Source of the DNA: Thermoanaerobaculia bacterium
GTDB lineage: Bacteria; Acidobacteriota; Thermoanaerobaculia; Gp7-AA8
DNA length: 64,000 nucleotides
Assembly (NCBI GenBank): GCA_035248585.1
Contig: DATFHJ010000107.1
Span: 2,523 to 66,522, forward strand
Direction of reading: 5' to 3'
Position 1 is the stretch's first letter, and every line of letters begins with the position of its first letter. A program made the position numbers and the translations under genes. The notes under the pieces are model-generated. The model searched no databases. It saw nothing but the letters and a program-made list of their open reading frames with translations, and had not been told where the DNA came from. Below, one piece after another: positions 24,229 to 32,982 of this stretch.

Positions 24229-25913
24229 GATTGAAAGTCGACCCTGGAGAAGCCCGTGAGCGACGTGTTCTTGCAGCTGGCGGTGCGGCCCATGCCGAAC
24301 TGCGCGAACGCGGCGCGGATCTCGCGCTCGATGTCTGCCGCGCGCGGCAGGGCGAGGCGGGTGTTGGAATCGAGAAGGGCGTTGCGCGCGTCGATGAACG
24401 TCGGATTCACCTTCAGGCGCTTCATCGAGTCGACGACGAGACGCCACGCGGTCTCCTGTCCCGCCGCCTTGTTGACGTCGTCATCGGCGAACATCGCACG
24501 CAGCGATTCGTGCATGCGGATCAGCGCGGCCGCGAAGATGCTCCCGGCGCCATGCTGATCGTTGAACGGCGGCGTGCCGAGCCGCGTCACGCTGGAGGAG
24601 AAGTTGTCGTACGGATGCGGGCGCGCGCCGCCCGGCTTCTTCGACGCGAACTCGGCGAACGTGAAGCGGCGCGCGAGGCTCGCTGTGCCGCGGTAGAAGT
24701 TGAGGATCGTGACGGCGAAGTAATCGCTCCAGGCCTCGCCGAGGGCGAGACTCTGCGGCTTGCTGAGCGCGTCTTTCTGCAGGCGGCCGGACACGAGCCG
24801 CTGGGAAACGCCGTGGGCGAACTCGTGAATGACCACGCCGGCATCGAGCGCGGTCGGATTGCCGATCTGATTGTCCTGCTTCCAGAGCCCGAGCGTGAGC
24901 TCGGCGGGCGCGCCGTCGTTCTGCGCGCGCATGTTCGCGCCGCTCGCCGTCGACACGCTGACCACGAGCCGGTCGCCCGCTGTTCCTTCGCCGTCGAAGT
25001 TCTTCTCCTGGAAATTGCCATCGCGCTCGCTGAATCCGATCAACGAGAAAAAGTCGTGCATCGAATTGCAGACGAAGAAGGCATTGACGGCCTGCTCCTC
25101 CGCGGAGCCGGCGTTCGGCGTGAAGCGGCGCAGCGGCCCTTCCATCACCGACGTCACTTCGCACTTCTTCGTCCCCAGTTTCATCAGGACGTTGTTGCCG
25201 TCCGGCTGATCCTTCGTGACCCAGTCGCGAAAGTCCGCCGCCGGACGAAGGCCCGGCGGATAGTGAGCGAGCGGCCGCGGGAACACGAAGTCGCGCGCGG
25301 GCGGCTCGCCTTTGCCGAACGCGAACACGCTCGCGATGCACGCGCTCGCGGAGACCGCGGCGCAATCGAGGATCGCGGCGGTTTTCCCGTGCGCCGCGAC
25401 GGCAATCGTGAAGTCGACGACGTCCTTCACGTGCATCGACACCAGCCACGCCAGCACCGGCCGCGGCTCGCAGAGCACCACGAGGTGCGCCATCACCGGC
25501 TCGTCGAACGGACCGGGCGTGAGCACGGTCGGCCGGTTCGCCATCGGAAATGACGAGACGACACGGGGCCGGAATCCCCGATCCCAGAACAGCGTCGCGT
25601 GCGGCGTATGGCACCCGCCATTGCCGCCGGCGCGCACGTGCCGGAAGGCCGCGCGCACCGCCTTCTCGACGCCGATATCCGGGATGACCTCGAGAGTGCC
25701 AACATCGACGAGCGGGTCGCCGATCGACGCCGGCCGCCCGTTGGCCTTGACCTCGACGACGACCGAGCGCGGAAAGAGCGCAATGCCGCGATGGTGCTGC
25801 TGCCCGTGAACGCTGCAGCCTCCGCCGAGCAGATGCTGGACGTGCGGGTCAAACAGCACGTCCGCATCTGCGAGGTGGTTCTCCGCTTTTCGAAGAGCCT
25901 GCTGCGCGTCCAT
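24225..25913 (-). CDS. M36 (fungalysin-like) zinc metallopeptidase; no obvious signal peptide
   Basis: HExxH appears in VVIHEFAHGVSQRL and the third-ligand motif in LGEAWSDYF. Confidence 0.8.
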   Translation of the reverse strand: MDAQQALRKAENHLADADVLFDPHVQHLLGGGCSVHGQQHHRGIALFPRSVVVEVKANGRPASIGDPLVDVGTLEVIPDIGVEKAVRAAFRHVRAGGNGGCHTPHATLFWDRGFRPRVVSSFPMANRPTVLTPGPFDEPVMAHLVVLCEPRPVLAWLVSMHVKDVVDFTIAVAAHGKTAAILDCAAVSASACIASVFAFGKGEPPARDFVFPRPLAHYPPGLRPAADFRDWVTKDQPDGNNVLMKLGTKKCEVTSVMEGPLRRFTPNAGSAEEQAVNAFFVCNSMHDFFSLIGFSERDGNFQEKNFDGEGTAGDRLVVSVSTASGANMRAQNDGAPAELTLGLWKQDNQIGNPTALDAGVVIHEFAHGVSQRLVSGRLQKDALSKPQSLALGEAWSDYFAVTILNFYRGTASLARRFTFAEFASKKPGGARPHPYDNFSSSVTRLGTPPFNDQHGAGSIFAAALIRMHESLRAMFADDDVNKAAGQETAWRLVVDSMKRLKVNPTFIDARNALLDSNTRLALPRAADIEREIRAAFAQFGMGRTASCKNTSLTGFSRVDFQS

Positions 25914-25945
25914 GGTTGGTTAGACGGCCGCGGCAGTCGAAATCC

Positions 25946-26362
25946 CTACCCGGCCTTCTGCAGTCCCCAGTCGCGCTCGCGGATGTATTCGACGTCGAGG
26001 CTCGTCACCCCGTCCTTGTTTGCCGCGGTGTAGACGGCGACGACGTCGAGGCTGTCGTTGCTTTCGATGACGAGGAATCCCTCGAAGCCGTGGATGGGCA
26101 CGGGAGGGAATCGCTGGAGGTGGCTGCAGTCGACGTGCGTCGCCTGATCGGGCTTGAGCCCGTCGAAGACGAAGTCGGAGACGTCTCCCGAGAGCGCGTT
26201 CGCGAGCTTCATCCGGAAGCGGACGGTGTCGTCGTTCGGGTTGTGAATGTTGACGGCGGTCTGGTAGGAGCCGGGGGGGAAGGATGTCGTCGTCTGCGAG
26301 GTGCCGGGGCTGTTCGAGGTGCAGATGAATTTGACGGCGTACTGGAAGCGAAATTCAGGCAT
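25946..26362 (-). CDS. Hypothetical beta-rich 138-aa protein, first gene of the M36/LpxR operon
   Basis: GC3-rich ORF with the blocks YAVKFICT, VNIHNPNDD and LDVVAVYTAA. There is no signal peptide and no catalytic motif. Confidence 0.6.
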   Translation of the reverse strand: MPEFRFQYAVKFICTSNSPGTSQTTTSFPPGSYQTAVNIHNPNDDTVRFRMKLANALSGDVSDFVFDGLKPDQATHVDCSHLQRFPPVPIHGFEGFLVIESNDSLDVVAVYTAANKDGVTSLDVEYIRERDWGLQKAG

Positions 26363-26410
26363 CGCTTTATCTCCTTACCGCCGTCAACTTATGTCCGGGA
26401 TATAGTTCCG

Positions 26411-27331
26411 TCAATGCACGGCATCGGCCGGCAGTTGATAGATGTCGCCGAGGCCGTTGCCCGGGCCGCGCAGGATGCCGAAGAACTGCTCGGTCGATTT
26501 GCGGGCGTCGAGCGGTTTGCCGACGAAGACGCCGCGGGTGCTGGTGAAGTAGAACGTCTTGCCGTCGGGCGAGAACTTCGGGGCGATCTCGAGGGCGCGG
26601 GAGTTGATCGGCTCGCCGAGGTTGCGCGCCGGCTGCCATTCGCCGTTTGAGAAATTGCTGATGTACAGGTCGCCGGCACCCTTGCCTTCCGGACGGCCGC
26701 TGGCCATGAAGATGAGCGTCGTCTGGTCGGCGTTGATCAGCGGCTCGAACTCGTCGGACTTCGAGTTCACGTTCGGGCCGAGGTTCTCGGCGGCGGCGTA
26801 GGTGTCGCCGGTGCGGCGGCAGCGGTACAGATCCGTGCGTCCGAGGCCGCCTTCGCGGTCGGAACCGAAATACATCGTGCCGTCGGCCGCGATCGTGGGG
26901 AACCATTCGTTGCCGGGGCTGTTCACCGGCGCGTCGAGATGTTTCGGCGCGCTCCATCCCGCGCCTTCTTTCTCCACCATCCAGATGTCGAGATCCTCTT
27001 TCGGCTTCCCGTCGACGGGACGGTCGGAGATGAAGTAAAGGCGGTTGCCGTCGGGCGTAATGAACGGATCGGCGTCGCGATACTGCCCCGACCACGGAAC
27101 CACCTCCGGAGAGGACCATTTGCCGTTCTGCAGACGCGAGACGACCATCGTCCAGTGCGAGAAGTTCGGAGCGTCTTTGAGGTAGTAGAGCGTCTTCCCG
27201 TCCGGAGTGAAGGCCGGATGCGACTCGAAGTCGCCGGTGGAGATCGCGCCGGGCGCGAAAACAGTTGGTTGGGCAGGCGGCTCGGCAGCCGCGGCGGTGA
27301 GCGCGAGGAGGAGGATGGCGATGAGGCGCAT
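26411..27331 (-). CDS. Periplasmic TolB-like PD40/WD40 beta-propeller repeat protein
   Basis: The ATG at 27331 gives MRLIAILLLALTAAAA. Repeated PD40 blocks follow: PAFTPDGKTLYY, PFITPDGNRLYFISDR, PTIAADGTMYFGSDR, PKFSPDGKTFYFTS. Confidence 0.8.
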   Translation of the reverse strand: MRLIAILLLALTAAAAEPPAQPTVFAPGAISTGDFESHPAFTPDGKTLYYLKDAPNFSHWTMVVSRLQNGKWSSPEVVPWSGQYRDADPFITPDGNRLYFISDRPVDGKPKEDLDIWMVEKEGAGWSAPKHLDAPVNSPGNEWFPTIAADGTMYFGSDREGGLGRTDLYRCRRTGDTYAAAENLGPNVNSKSDEFEPLINADQTTLIFMASGRPEGKGAGDLYISNFSNGEWQPARNLGEPINSRALEIAPKFSPDGKTFYFTSTRGVFVGKPLDARKSTEQFFGILRGPGNGLGDIYQLPADAVH

Positions 27332-27353
27332 GAGGTTCTCCAGTTCCTCCAAG

Positions 27354-27502
27354 TTTATCCCGCGCGCAGACGCGGGATCTCCGGTTCCACCGGCGGAAAC
27401 ATCACGAGACGCGAGAACGTAACACCGCGATTGCGCGAGCTTCGTCGTTGGGGACGATGGTCGCGGGATCACCGGAGATCCCGCGTCTTCGCGCGGGATA
27501 AA
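27354..27502. mobile_element. MITE-like element: 31-bp terminal inverted repeats (30/31) flanking ~87 bp, non-coding
   Basis: TTTATCCCGCGCGCAGACGCGGGATCTCCGG (27354-27384) pairs with CCGGAGATCCCGCGTCTTCGCGCGGGATAAA (27472-27502). An internal third copy of CGCGGGATCaCCGG is present. Confidence 0.55.
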
Positions 27503-27510
27503 CTGAAGAA

Positions 27511-28860
27511 TCACTCCGGTCGCGTAATGCCCAGCGCCGACATCTTCTCGTGCAGATACGTGCGCTGCAGGTCGAGCAGTTGCGCGGCGCGGCTGATGTT
27601 CCAGTGGGTGCGGCGCAGGACGGACTCGATGTACTCCTTCTCGCACTGCGTTTTGAAATCGCGGAAGGGCATGACCGGTGCGCCTTCGGAAACGCGGACG
27701 ATGCCGCTCTCGGTCGCGCCGCGATGCAGGACGGCGGTCGGGAGCTGTTCGATGGTGATCGGGTCGGTGCCGAAGACGGAGAGGCGCTCGGCGAGGTTGC
27801 GCAGCTCGCGGACGTTGCCGGGCCAGTCGTAGGCGCTCAGCGTTTCGTAGACGTCGGGCTGTACGGAGAGCGGCGTGCGCTGCGAGCGCGCGCAGAACTG
27901 CTGGAGGAACGTCGAGAACAGCAGCGGGACGTCGTTGCGCCGCTCGCGCAGCGGCGGGACGTCGATGGGGATGCTGGCCAGGCGGAAGAAGAGATCTTCG
28001 CGAAACTGCCCGTTGTGCAGGTCGCGGTGCGTGGCGGCGAGGACGCGCACGTTCACGCTGCGATCCGTCGTCTCGCCGATGCGCCGCACGCGCCCGTCTT
28101 CGAGCACGCGCAGGAGGCGCGCCTGCAGCGCCGGCTCCATGTCGCCGATCTCGTCGAGAAAGAGCGTGCCGCCGTCGGCTTCTTCGAAGAGGCCGCGCTT
28201 GGCGATCTTCGCGTCGGTGAACGCGCCGCGCGCGTGGCCGAACAGCTCGGCCTCGATGAGATGCGCGGGGATCGCGGCGCAGTTGAGGCGGACGAACGTG
28301 CGCGACGCGCGCTTGCTGAGGCGATGCAGCGCATTCGCCACGAGCTCTTTTCCGCTGCCGCTCTCGCCGCGAATCAACACGCGCGCGTCGGTCGGCGCGA
28401 CTTTGTCGATCGCCGCGCGCAACGTTTGAATCGCCTCCGACCGTCCGACGATCTCCTGCCCCTGCTCGCGCAGCGCGCGCACCTGCATGCGCAGCGAGGC
28501 GTGATCGAGGCAGTTGCGCACGGATTTCAAAAGGCGCTCGCGGCTGAACGGCTTGTCGATGAAATCGTGCACGCCGAGGCGGAGCGCCTCGACGGTTTCC
28601 GCCATCGTGGCTTCGCCCGACATCACGATCGCCGGAGGCATCGCGTCGCCGGCGACACGCAAAAGATCGATCCCGCTCATGCCCGGCAGCCGCACGTCGA
28701 GCAGGGCCATGTCCGGCTGCACGCTCATCGAGTCTTTCAAATACGCGAGTCCATCCTCGGCGCGCCGGAAGCGCACGACGCCGTAGCCCTCCTCGCGCAG
28801 CCGCAGCGTCACGTTCGCGGCGATCTTCTCGTCGTCTTCCACCACCAGGATCAGTTGCAC
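27511..28860 (-). CDS. Sigma-54-dependent response regulator (NtrC/Fis family: REC, AAA+, HTH)
   Basis: REC (LVVEDD...LLDVRLPGMSG), Walker A GESGSGKE, GAFTDA (GAFTGA-type) loop, R-finger region and C-terminal Fis-type HTH (NISRAAQLLDLQRTYL). The GTG at 28860 overlaps the end of the kinase gene. Confidence 0.9.
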   Translation of the reverse strand: MQLILVVEDDEKIAANVTLRLREEGYGVVRFRRAEDGLAYLKDSMSVQPDMALLDVRLPGMSGIDLLRVAGDAMPPAIVMSGEATMAETVEALRLGVHDFIDKPFSRERLLKSVRNCLDHASLRMQVRALREQGQEIVGRSEAIQTLRAAIDKVAPTDARVLIRGESGSGKELVANALHRLSKRASRTFVRLNCAAIPAHLIEAELFGHARGAFTDAKIAKRGLFEEADGGTLFLDEIGDMEPALQARLLRVLEDGRVRRIGETTDRSVNVRVLAATHRDLHNGQFREDLFFRLASIPIDVPPLRERRNDVPLLFSTFLQQFCARSQRTPLSVQPDVYETLSAYDWPGNVRELRNLAERLSVFGTDPITIEQLPTAVLHRGATESGIVRVSEGAPVMPFRDFKTQCEKEYIESVLRRTHWNISRAAQLLDLQRTYLHEKMSALGITRPE

Positions 28861-29915
28861 TCGGTCTCTCCGAACAGCAGGCGAAATGTGGTTCCGGAAG
28901 CCGACGTCGCGACGAGCAGCAGGTCGCCGCCGTGATCGAGCATGATCTTGCGCGAGATCGAAAGGCCGAGGCCCATCCCCTCGCCCGTGGGGCGCGTCGT
29001 GTCGCCCGTCGGGCGCGTCGTAACATAGGGATCGAAGATGCGCGCGCGCAGCGACTCCGGAATGCCGCTGCCGCTGTCGATGACGTCGAGCGCGCGGCGC
29101 GTGACCGCGAACGTGACGGTGCCGCTGCCGTCGATCGCGTACGCGCTGTTGGTGCAGAGATTGACGAGCACCTGGCGCAGCAGATCGCGATCGGCGCAGA
29201 CGACGGCATCGCCGCCGCGCGCGTGCAGCGTCACGTGCGGCCACGCGTTCGCGAACGTCGCGCAGAACTCTTCGATCAATTTGCCGAGGGACAGCTCACG
29301 CAGAACGGGAGTACCGATCGCGGCGAAGGACGACTGCTGGCGCGTCATGCGCGCGAGCGTTTCCAGTTCGTCGGATGCACTCTCCAGCGCCGCGGCGACT
29401 TCCTCCGGCGCGGCCGCGCGGCGCACGGCATCGCCGGCGCGCTCGAGCTCGAGCCGCGCCGCGGTGAGCGGTCCTTTCGTTTCGTGCGCGTGTCGCCGCG
29501 CGGTCTCCTGCAGGACCGACACGCGCTCGAGATACTCCTGCCGCTCGACGAGTTGCGCGCGGCGATAGCGCGTCCAGACGGTGGCCGCGGCGATCGCGGC
29601 GAGGAGCGCGAAGACGGCGACGAGCGTGAGCTCGAAGCGCTGCAGCATCTGCTCGCGATTCATGCGGATGACGTCGAGGCGGTGCAGCAGCCGGCTCGTC
29701 GATTCGAATTGCCGGCGATAGACGTCGCGATGCGCGGCGTCGAGCGCGCGCAGCCGCTTCTGGTCTTCCATGGAACGCTGCAGCGCCTGCCGCACTTCGG
29801 GGCGCAGCGCGACGTCGAGCCAGAGGCCGGACACTTCGTGGACGACGAGCCAGAACAGCAGCGTGGCGCCGGCCACGGCGAGGGTGAGCACCCCGATGGC
29901 GCGCAGTCCGCTCAC
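28851..29915 (-). CDS. Sensor histidine kinase (two TM segments, HisKA, HATPase_c)
   Basis: The GTG at 29915 overlaps the upstream stop (GTGA). H-box is RHAHETKGPL, N-box LVNLCTNSAYA, and G-boxes are DSGSGIP and GMGLGLSI. Confidence 0.8.
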   Translation of the reverse strand: MSGLRAIGVLTLAVAGATLLFWLVVHEVSGLWLDVALRPEVRQALQRSMEDQKRLRALDAAHRDVYRRQFESTSRLLHRLDVIRMNREQMLQRFELTLVAVFALLAAIAAATVWTRYRRAQLVERQEYLERVSVLQETARRHAHETKGPLTAARLELERAGDAVRRAAAPEEVAAALESASDELETLARMTRQQSSFAAIGTPVLRELSLGKLIEEFCATFANAWPHVTLHARGGDAVVCADRDLLRQVLVNLCTNSAYAIDGSGTVTFAVTRRALDVIDSGSGIPESLRARIFDPYVTTRPTGDTTRPTGEGMGLGLSISRKIMLDHGGDLLLVATSASGTTFRLLFGETECN

Positions 29916-30496
29916 CGGAAGACGATCTCCGTCTGCCACCGCCACGAGCGGATCGGCTTCGCGCTCAACGTCGTCCCAATGAGGGCCGCCATGAGCGGCG
30001 ATCCTCCCTCGGTCGCGGCGACGCCGCCCGACTTCGAGATCCAGTCGCGCGCGTCTTCGCCTTCGGCCGCCGAGAAGGGCAGCGCGCTCAGCGTGACGTT
30101 GAGTGCGACTCGCTGCGTCGCCGCGGTGAAGAGGCGCACAGGAGCGGACCACCATTTCTCCAGCGCGTCGCGCGATGCGATCCGCTGGCGGTCTTCTTTC
30201 CCGTCGAACTCGATCCGCCGCACGAGCCACACTTCATCCCAGAGGTCGAAGCGGATCTCGATGCGCGCGCCGCCGCGGCGGTCGGCATCGCGCTGCTTCG
30301 CGGCGAGCACGAACGTCGTCGTCAGTCCGCTGCCGATCTGGCGCTGTACTTCGCGGTCGGACAGCAGCGCCGCCGGCAGCACGGCCGCGACGACGCGGCC
30401 CGGCATTGCGACGAACGTCGGAGCCTTCTCCGCTGCCATCGCGAATGCGGGCAGCAGGATGGCGATGGCGATTGCACGGATCAGTAGTGACCCCAC
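29912..30496 (-). CDS. Hypothetical periplasmic protein (signal peptide, ~190 aa)
   Basis: The GTG at 30496 gives (M)GSLLIRAIAIAILLPAFAMA. It is co-directional with and overlaps both neighbours. No motif recognised. Confidence 0.5.
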   Translation of the reverse strand: MGSLLIRAIAIAILLPAFAMAAEKAPTFVAMPGRVVAAVLPAALLSDREVQRQIGSGLTTTFVLAAKQRDADRRGGARIEIRFDLWDEVWLVRRIEFDGKEDRQRIASRDALEKWWSAPVRLFTAATQRVALNVTLSALPFSAAEGEDARDWISKSGGVAATEGGSPLMAALIGTTLSAKPIRSWRWQTEIVFR

Positions 30497-31770
30497 GAGT
30501 AACCCAAACCGAGGCGCAGCGTTCCGAAGGAACTGCGCCGCACCCAGCTCGCCGCGAGCTGGAACGTGTCTTCGTTGTCGGGCGTGCTGCCGAAGGCGAT
30601 GCCGCCGCGCTCGACGTCGCGCTGGCTCCAGACGAGGCGCCCGTCGACTTCGACGCGCGAGTCGCCGTTCTTCGAAGGATTGCGCCAGAGGCTGCGCGAG
30701 TAGCCGCCGCGAATGGCCTGGTACGAGGGCTTCCATTCGACGATCGGAATCGCGAGAAACCCTCCCGTCGTGTGGTCTTCGACGTGCGCCCATCCGCCGA
30801 TCACGCCCGCGGAAACGGAGTTGACGTCGGAGAGCTCCCAGTACCGCGAGGCGGAGAAGTCGACTCCGTAACCCTTGCGATGTTGCGCGTACGCCACCGC
30901 CGGCGGAATGCTCTCGTTGGTGAACACCCCGCCGAATGTGTACCCCGAGCGGTCACTCATGGCCAGCAGCGGCGCGACGCGAATGATCGTTCCGCGCGTC
31001 GGCACGAACGGCTGGTTGGTGGTGTTGTACGTCCAGGCCAGCGTGATCAGCCGCTGCGAGTCCATCTTCCGGAACGTGTTGCCGTCGTAGGCGCGCACGT
31101 TCTCGTCCCGCGCGGCGATGTCTTCGTAGTCGAGCGTCAGCGTTTGATTCGCGGTCAGCGGCATCCCGACGACGAGCCCCGGCGAGAGCTGGCCGGCCAT
31201 GTCGGTCGGCAGTTGCAGATTCACGGTGGCGAAGGCGCGCGTACCGAAGAGGTCGTACTGCGTGTAGCCGACGGAGACGGTGGTGTAGTCGGTGGTGAAG
31301 GTCTGGCGGTCCCGGCGCGCGGACATCCCGACATGCACGATGCCGCGTCCGCCGACGAACCAGCGGAAGCCGAGGGCCGCGTCTTTCGACTCCGTCTCGA
31401 AGTCGACGTCGTTGTCGACCGTGCGCCGGCTGTCGTCCCACATCGTCGGACGGATGTTGAGGAGGTAGAAGAGCGGCTTCGTCTCGATCACGTTGATGAC
31501 CAGCACGTGCCGCCCGCGGTCCGATCCTTTCTCCAGCGCGAAGTCGGCGGAGAGGAGGAACGGCAAGCGCCGAAGCCGCGCCGAGGCCGCGGAGAGATCG
31601 GCCTCCGAATACTCGCCGCCTTCGCGCAGCAGCGTCTCGCGCGCGATGAGCTGCGAGGAGACGCGATGCGCGTTGCGGACTTCGATGCGCTCGATGAAGA
31701 AGCGCGCCTCCTGGGCGAAGGCAGAAGGCAGAAAGCAGAAAGCAAAAAGAAGAAAGGGGACGCGACGCAT
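30481..31770 (-). CDS. Omp85/BamA-family-like outer-membrane protein (POTRA-like N-terminus plus beta-barrel)
   Basis: GGAGG lies upstream of the ATG at 31770, with signal peptide MRRVPFLLFAFCFLPSAFA. A POTRA-like segment (IERIEVRNAHRVSSQLIARETLLREGGEYSEADL) is followed by a barrel ending ...LGLGYSWGHY. Confidence 0.65.
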   Translation of the reverse strand: MRRVPFLLFAFCFLPSAFAQEARFFIERIEVRNAHRVSSQLIARETLLREGGEYSEADLSAASARLRRLPFLLSADFALEKGSDRGRHVLVINVIETKPLFYLLNIRPTMWDDSRRTVDNDVDFETESKDAALGFRWFVGGRGIVHVGMSARRDRQTFTTDYTTVSVGYTQYDLFGTRAFATVNLQLPTDMAGQLSPGLVVGMPLTANQTLTLDYEDIAARDENVRAYDGNTFRKMDSQRLITLAWTYNTTNQPFVPTRGTIIRVAPLLAMSDRSGYTFGGVFTNESIPPAVAYAQHRKGYGVDFSASRYWELSDVNSVSAGVIGGWAHVEDHTTGGFLAIPIVEWKPSYQAIRGGYSRSLWRNPSKNGDSRVEVDGRLVWSQRDVERGGIAFGSTPDNEDTFQLAASWVRRSSFGTLRLGLGYSWGHY

Positions 31771-31794
31771 AAGACCTCCGGGGGCGTGCTTAGG

Positions 31795-31809
31795 GCGAGC
31801 CGGGTGCCA
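31795..31809 (-). promoter_or_regulatory. Candidate sigma-54 promoter (TGGCAC-N5-TCGC) upstream of the Omp85-like/kinase/NtrC operon
   Basis: The minus strand reads TGGCAC CCGGC TCGC, against the consensus TGGCAC-N5-TTGC. GG/GC spacing is correct, and it lies ~25-40 nt upstream of the ATG at 31770. Confidence 0.35.
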
Positions 31810-31925
31810 GGTCGGAGGTTTTGCTAATTCCTTTGATTTGCTGGAGTTGATCGCGTTGCGCACAGCGGAATCCGGGCGGCAGTGTACGGCAAAGCGTACA
31901 GCATGTGTTGGTTTTACCTGACGGT

Positions 31926-31981
31926 GGAGCGGCGGGCTTTAGCCCGCCGAGGGGAAACGGCGGGCTGAAGCCCGCCGCTCC
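31926..31981. repeat. Family A double-hairpin palindromic element, intergenic copy
   Basis: GGAGCGGCGGGCTTTAGCCCGCC-GAGGGGAAAC-GGCGGGCTGAAGCCCGCCGCTCC. It differs from the other copies only in the loops and spacer. Confidence 0.85.
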
Positions 31982-31986
31982 ACAGT

Positions 31987-32982
31987 TCACCGAATCAACA
32001 CAATGCCCGCCGTCCAGCGAACTTCGCCGAGATCGATGCCGCGCCAGTAGAGCTTCTGGAAGGAGGTCTCGAAGGCGAGGCGCGGCTGGAGGCGGAGGCG
32101 AATTGCGGCGCCGGCGGTCAACGCGAGCTCGACGCCCGCGCGAAGCTCTTCGCCGTTGCGGGTGAGGAGGCGATGCTCGTCGCGCCAGTCGGCGACTTCG
32201 AGGCCGCTGGACCAACGCAGGGAAAGCGCGTCGGTCCAGACGTGTGTACGCGTGAACGCGACTCCGTATCCATTAATCGTCTTGCTGCGGAAGTTGCCGT
32301 CGTAGCCGCGGAAGATCGACGGGACGGACGACTCGTGCGCGGTCGAGGTCCACGACAGTTCGAAGTGGCCGCGCGTGGCGGTCATGCGATTGAGCGCGGT
32401 GCTGCGCAGCTTGCGGTCGCTGCCCGCGCCGGCTCCCGGCATGGTCGTGCCGGTGGCGGCGGCGAATTCCCACCGCGGCGTGGCGTCGCTGCTGATGAGC
32501 ATGATCGAGATGTCGCGCATGCGTCCGAAGTCGCGCCGCGCGATGCGCACCGGTCCGGCCGTGGCGGCGAGCTCGAGGTAGCGGATGAGTCCCGACTGCC
32601 GCGCGTTCGTCGTCGCGTAGCCGCCCGCGCCGTAGCGCGCGCCGATGCGGACGCCGGCAATCTGCACGTCCGCGCCGCCGAACGCCGTCGCGCTGACGAT
32701 CGAGAAATCGCGCTGGCTCAGGTTGTACTCCGTGTGCCCGATGCTGACGTCGCTCCCGCCGACGAGGTGCAACGCGCCCGCGCTCCAGAGATCGCGCTCG
32801 ATGCCGGCGCGGAACCCGATCGAGTCGTCGAGGTTCGCGCGCGCGAAATCGTCCGCGTCGCATTCCTCGGTGATGCAGATCGCCGCCTGATCGTGTCCGT
32901 GATGGCCGACGGTGTTCCAGCGGGCGCTGGTGCCGCCGGCGTAGGTACGCAACAACACTGCTGCGATGAGAACAACCTTCAC
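31987..32982 (-). CDS. Hypothetical outer-membrane beta-barrel protein
   Basis: AAGGAGG lies upstream of the GTG at 32982, which overlaps the upstream stop (GTGA). It has a signal-like N-terminus and an alternating beta pattern ending ...VRWTAGIVLIR. Confidence 0.5.
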   Translation of the reverse strand: MKVVLIAAVLLRTYAGGTSARWNTVGHHGHDQAAICITEECDADDFARANLDDSIGFRAGIERDLWSAGALHLVGGSDVSIGHTEYNLSQRDFSIVSATAFGGADVQIAGVRIGARYGAGGYATTNARQSGLIRYLELAATAGPVRIARRDFGRMRDISIMLISSDATPRWEFAAATGTTMPGAGAGSDRKLRSTALNRMTATRGHFELSWTSTAHESSVPSIFRGYDGNFRSKTINGYGVAFTRTHVWTDALSLRWSSGLEVADWRDEHRLLTRNGEELRAGVELALTAGAAIRLRLQPRLAFETSFQKLYWRGIDLGEVRWTAGIVLIR

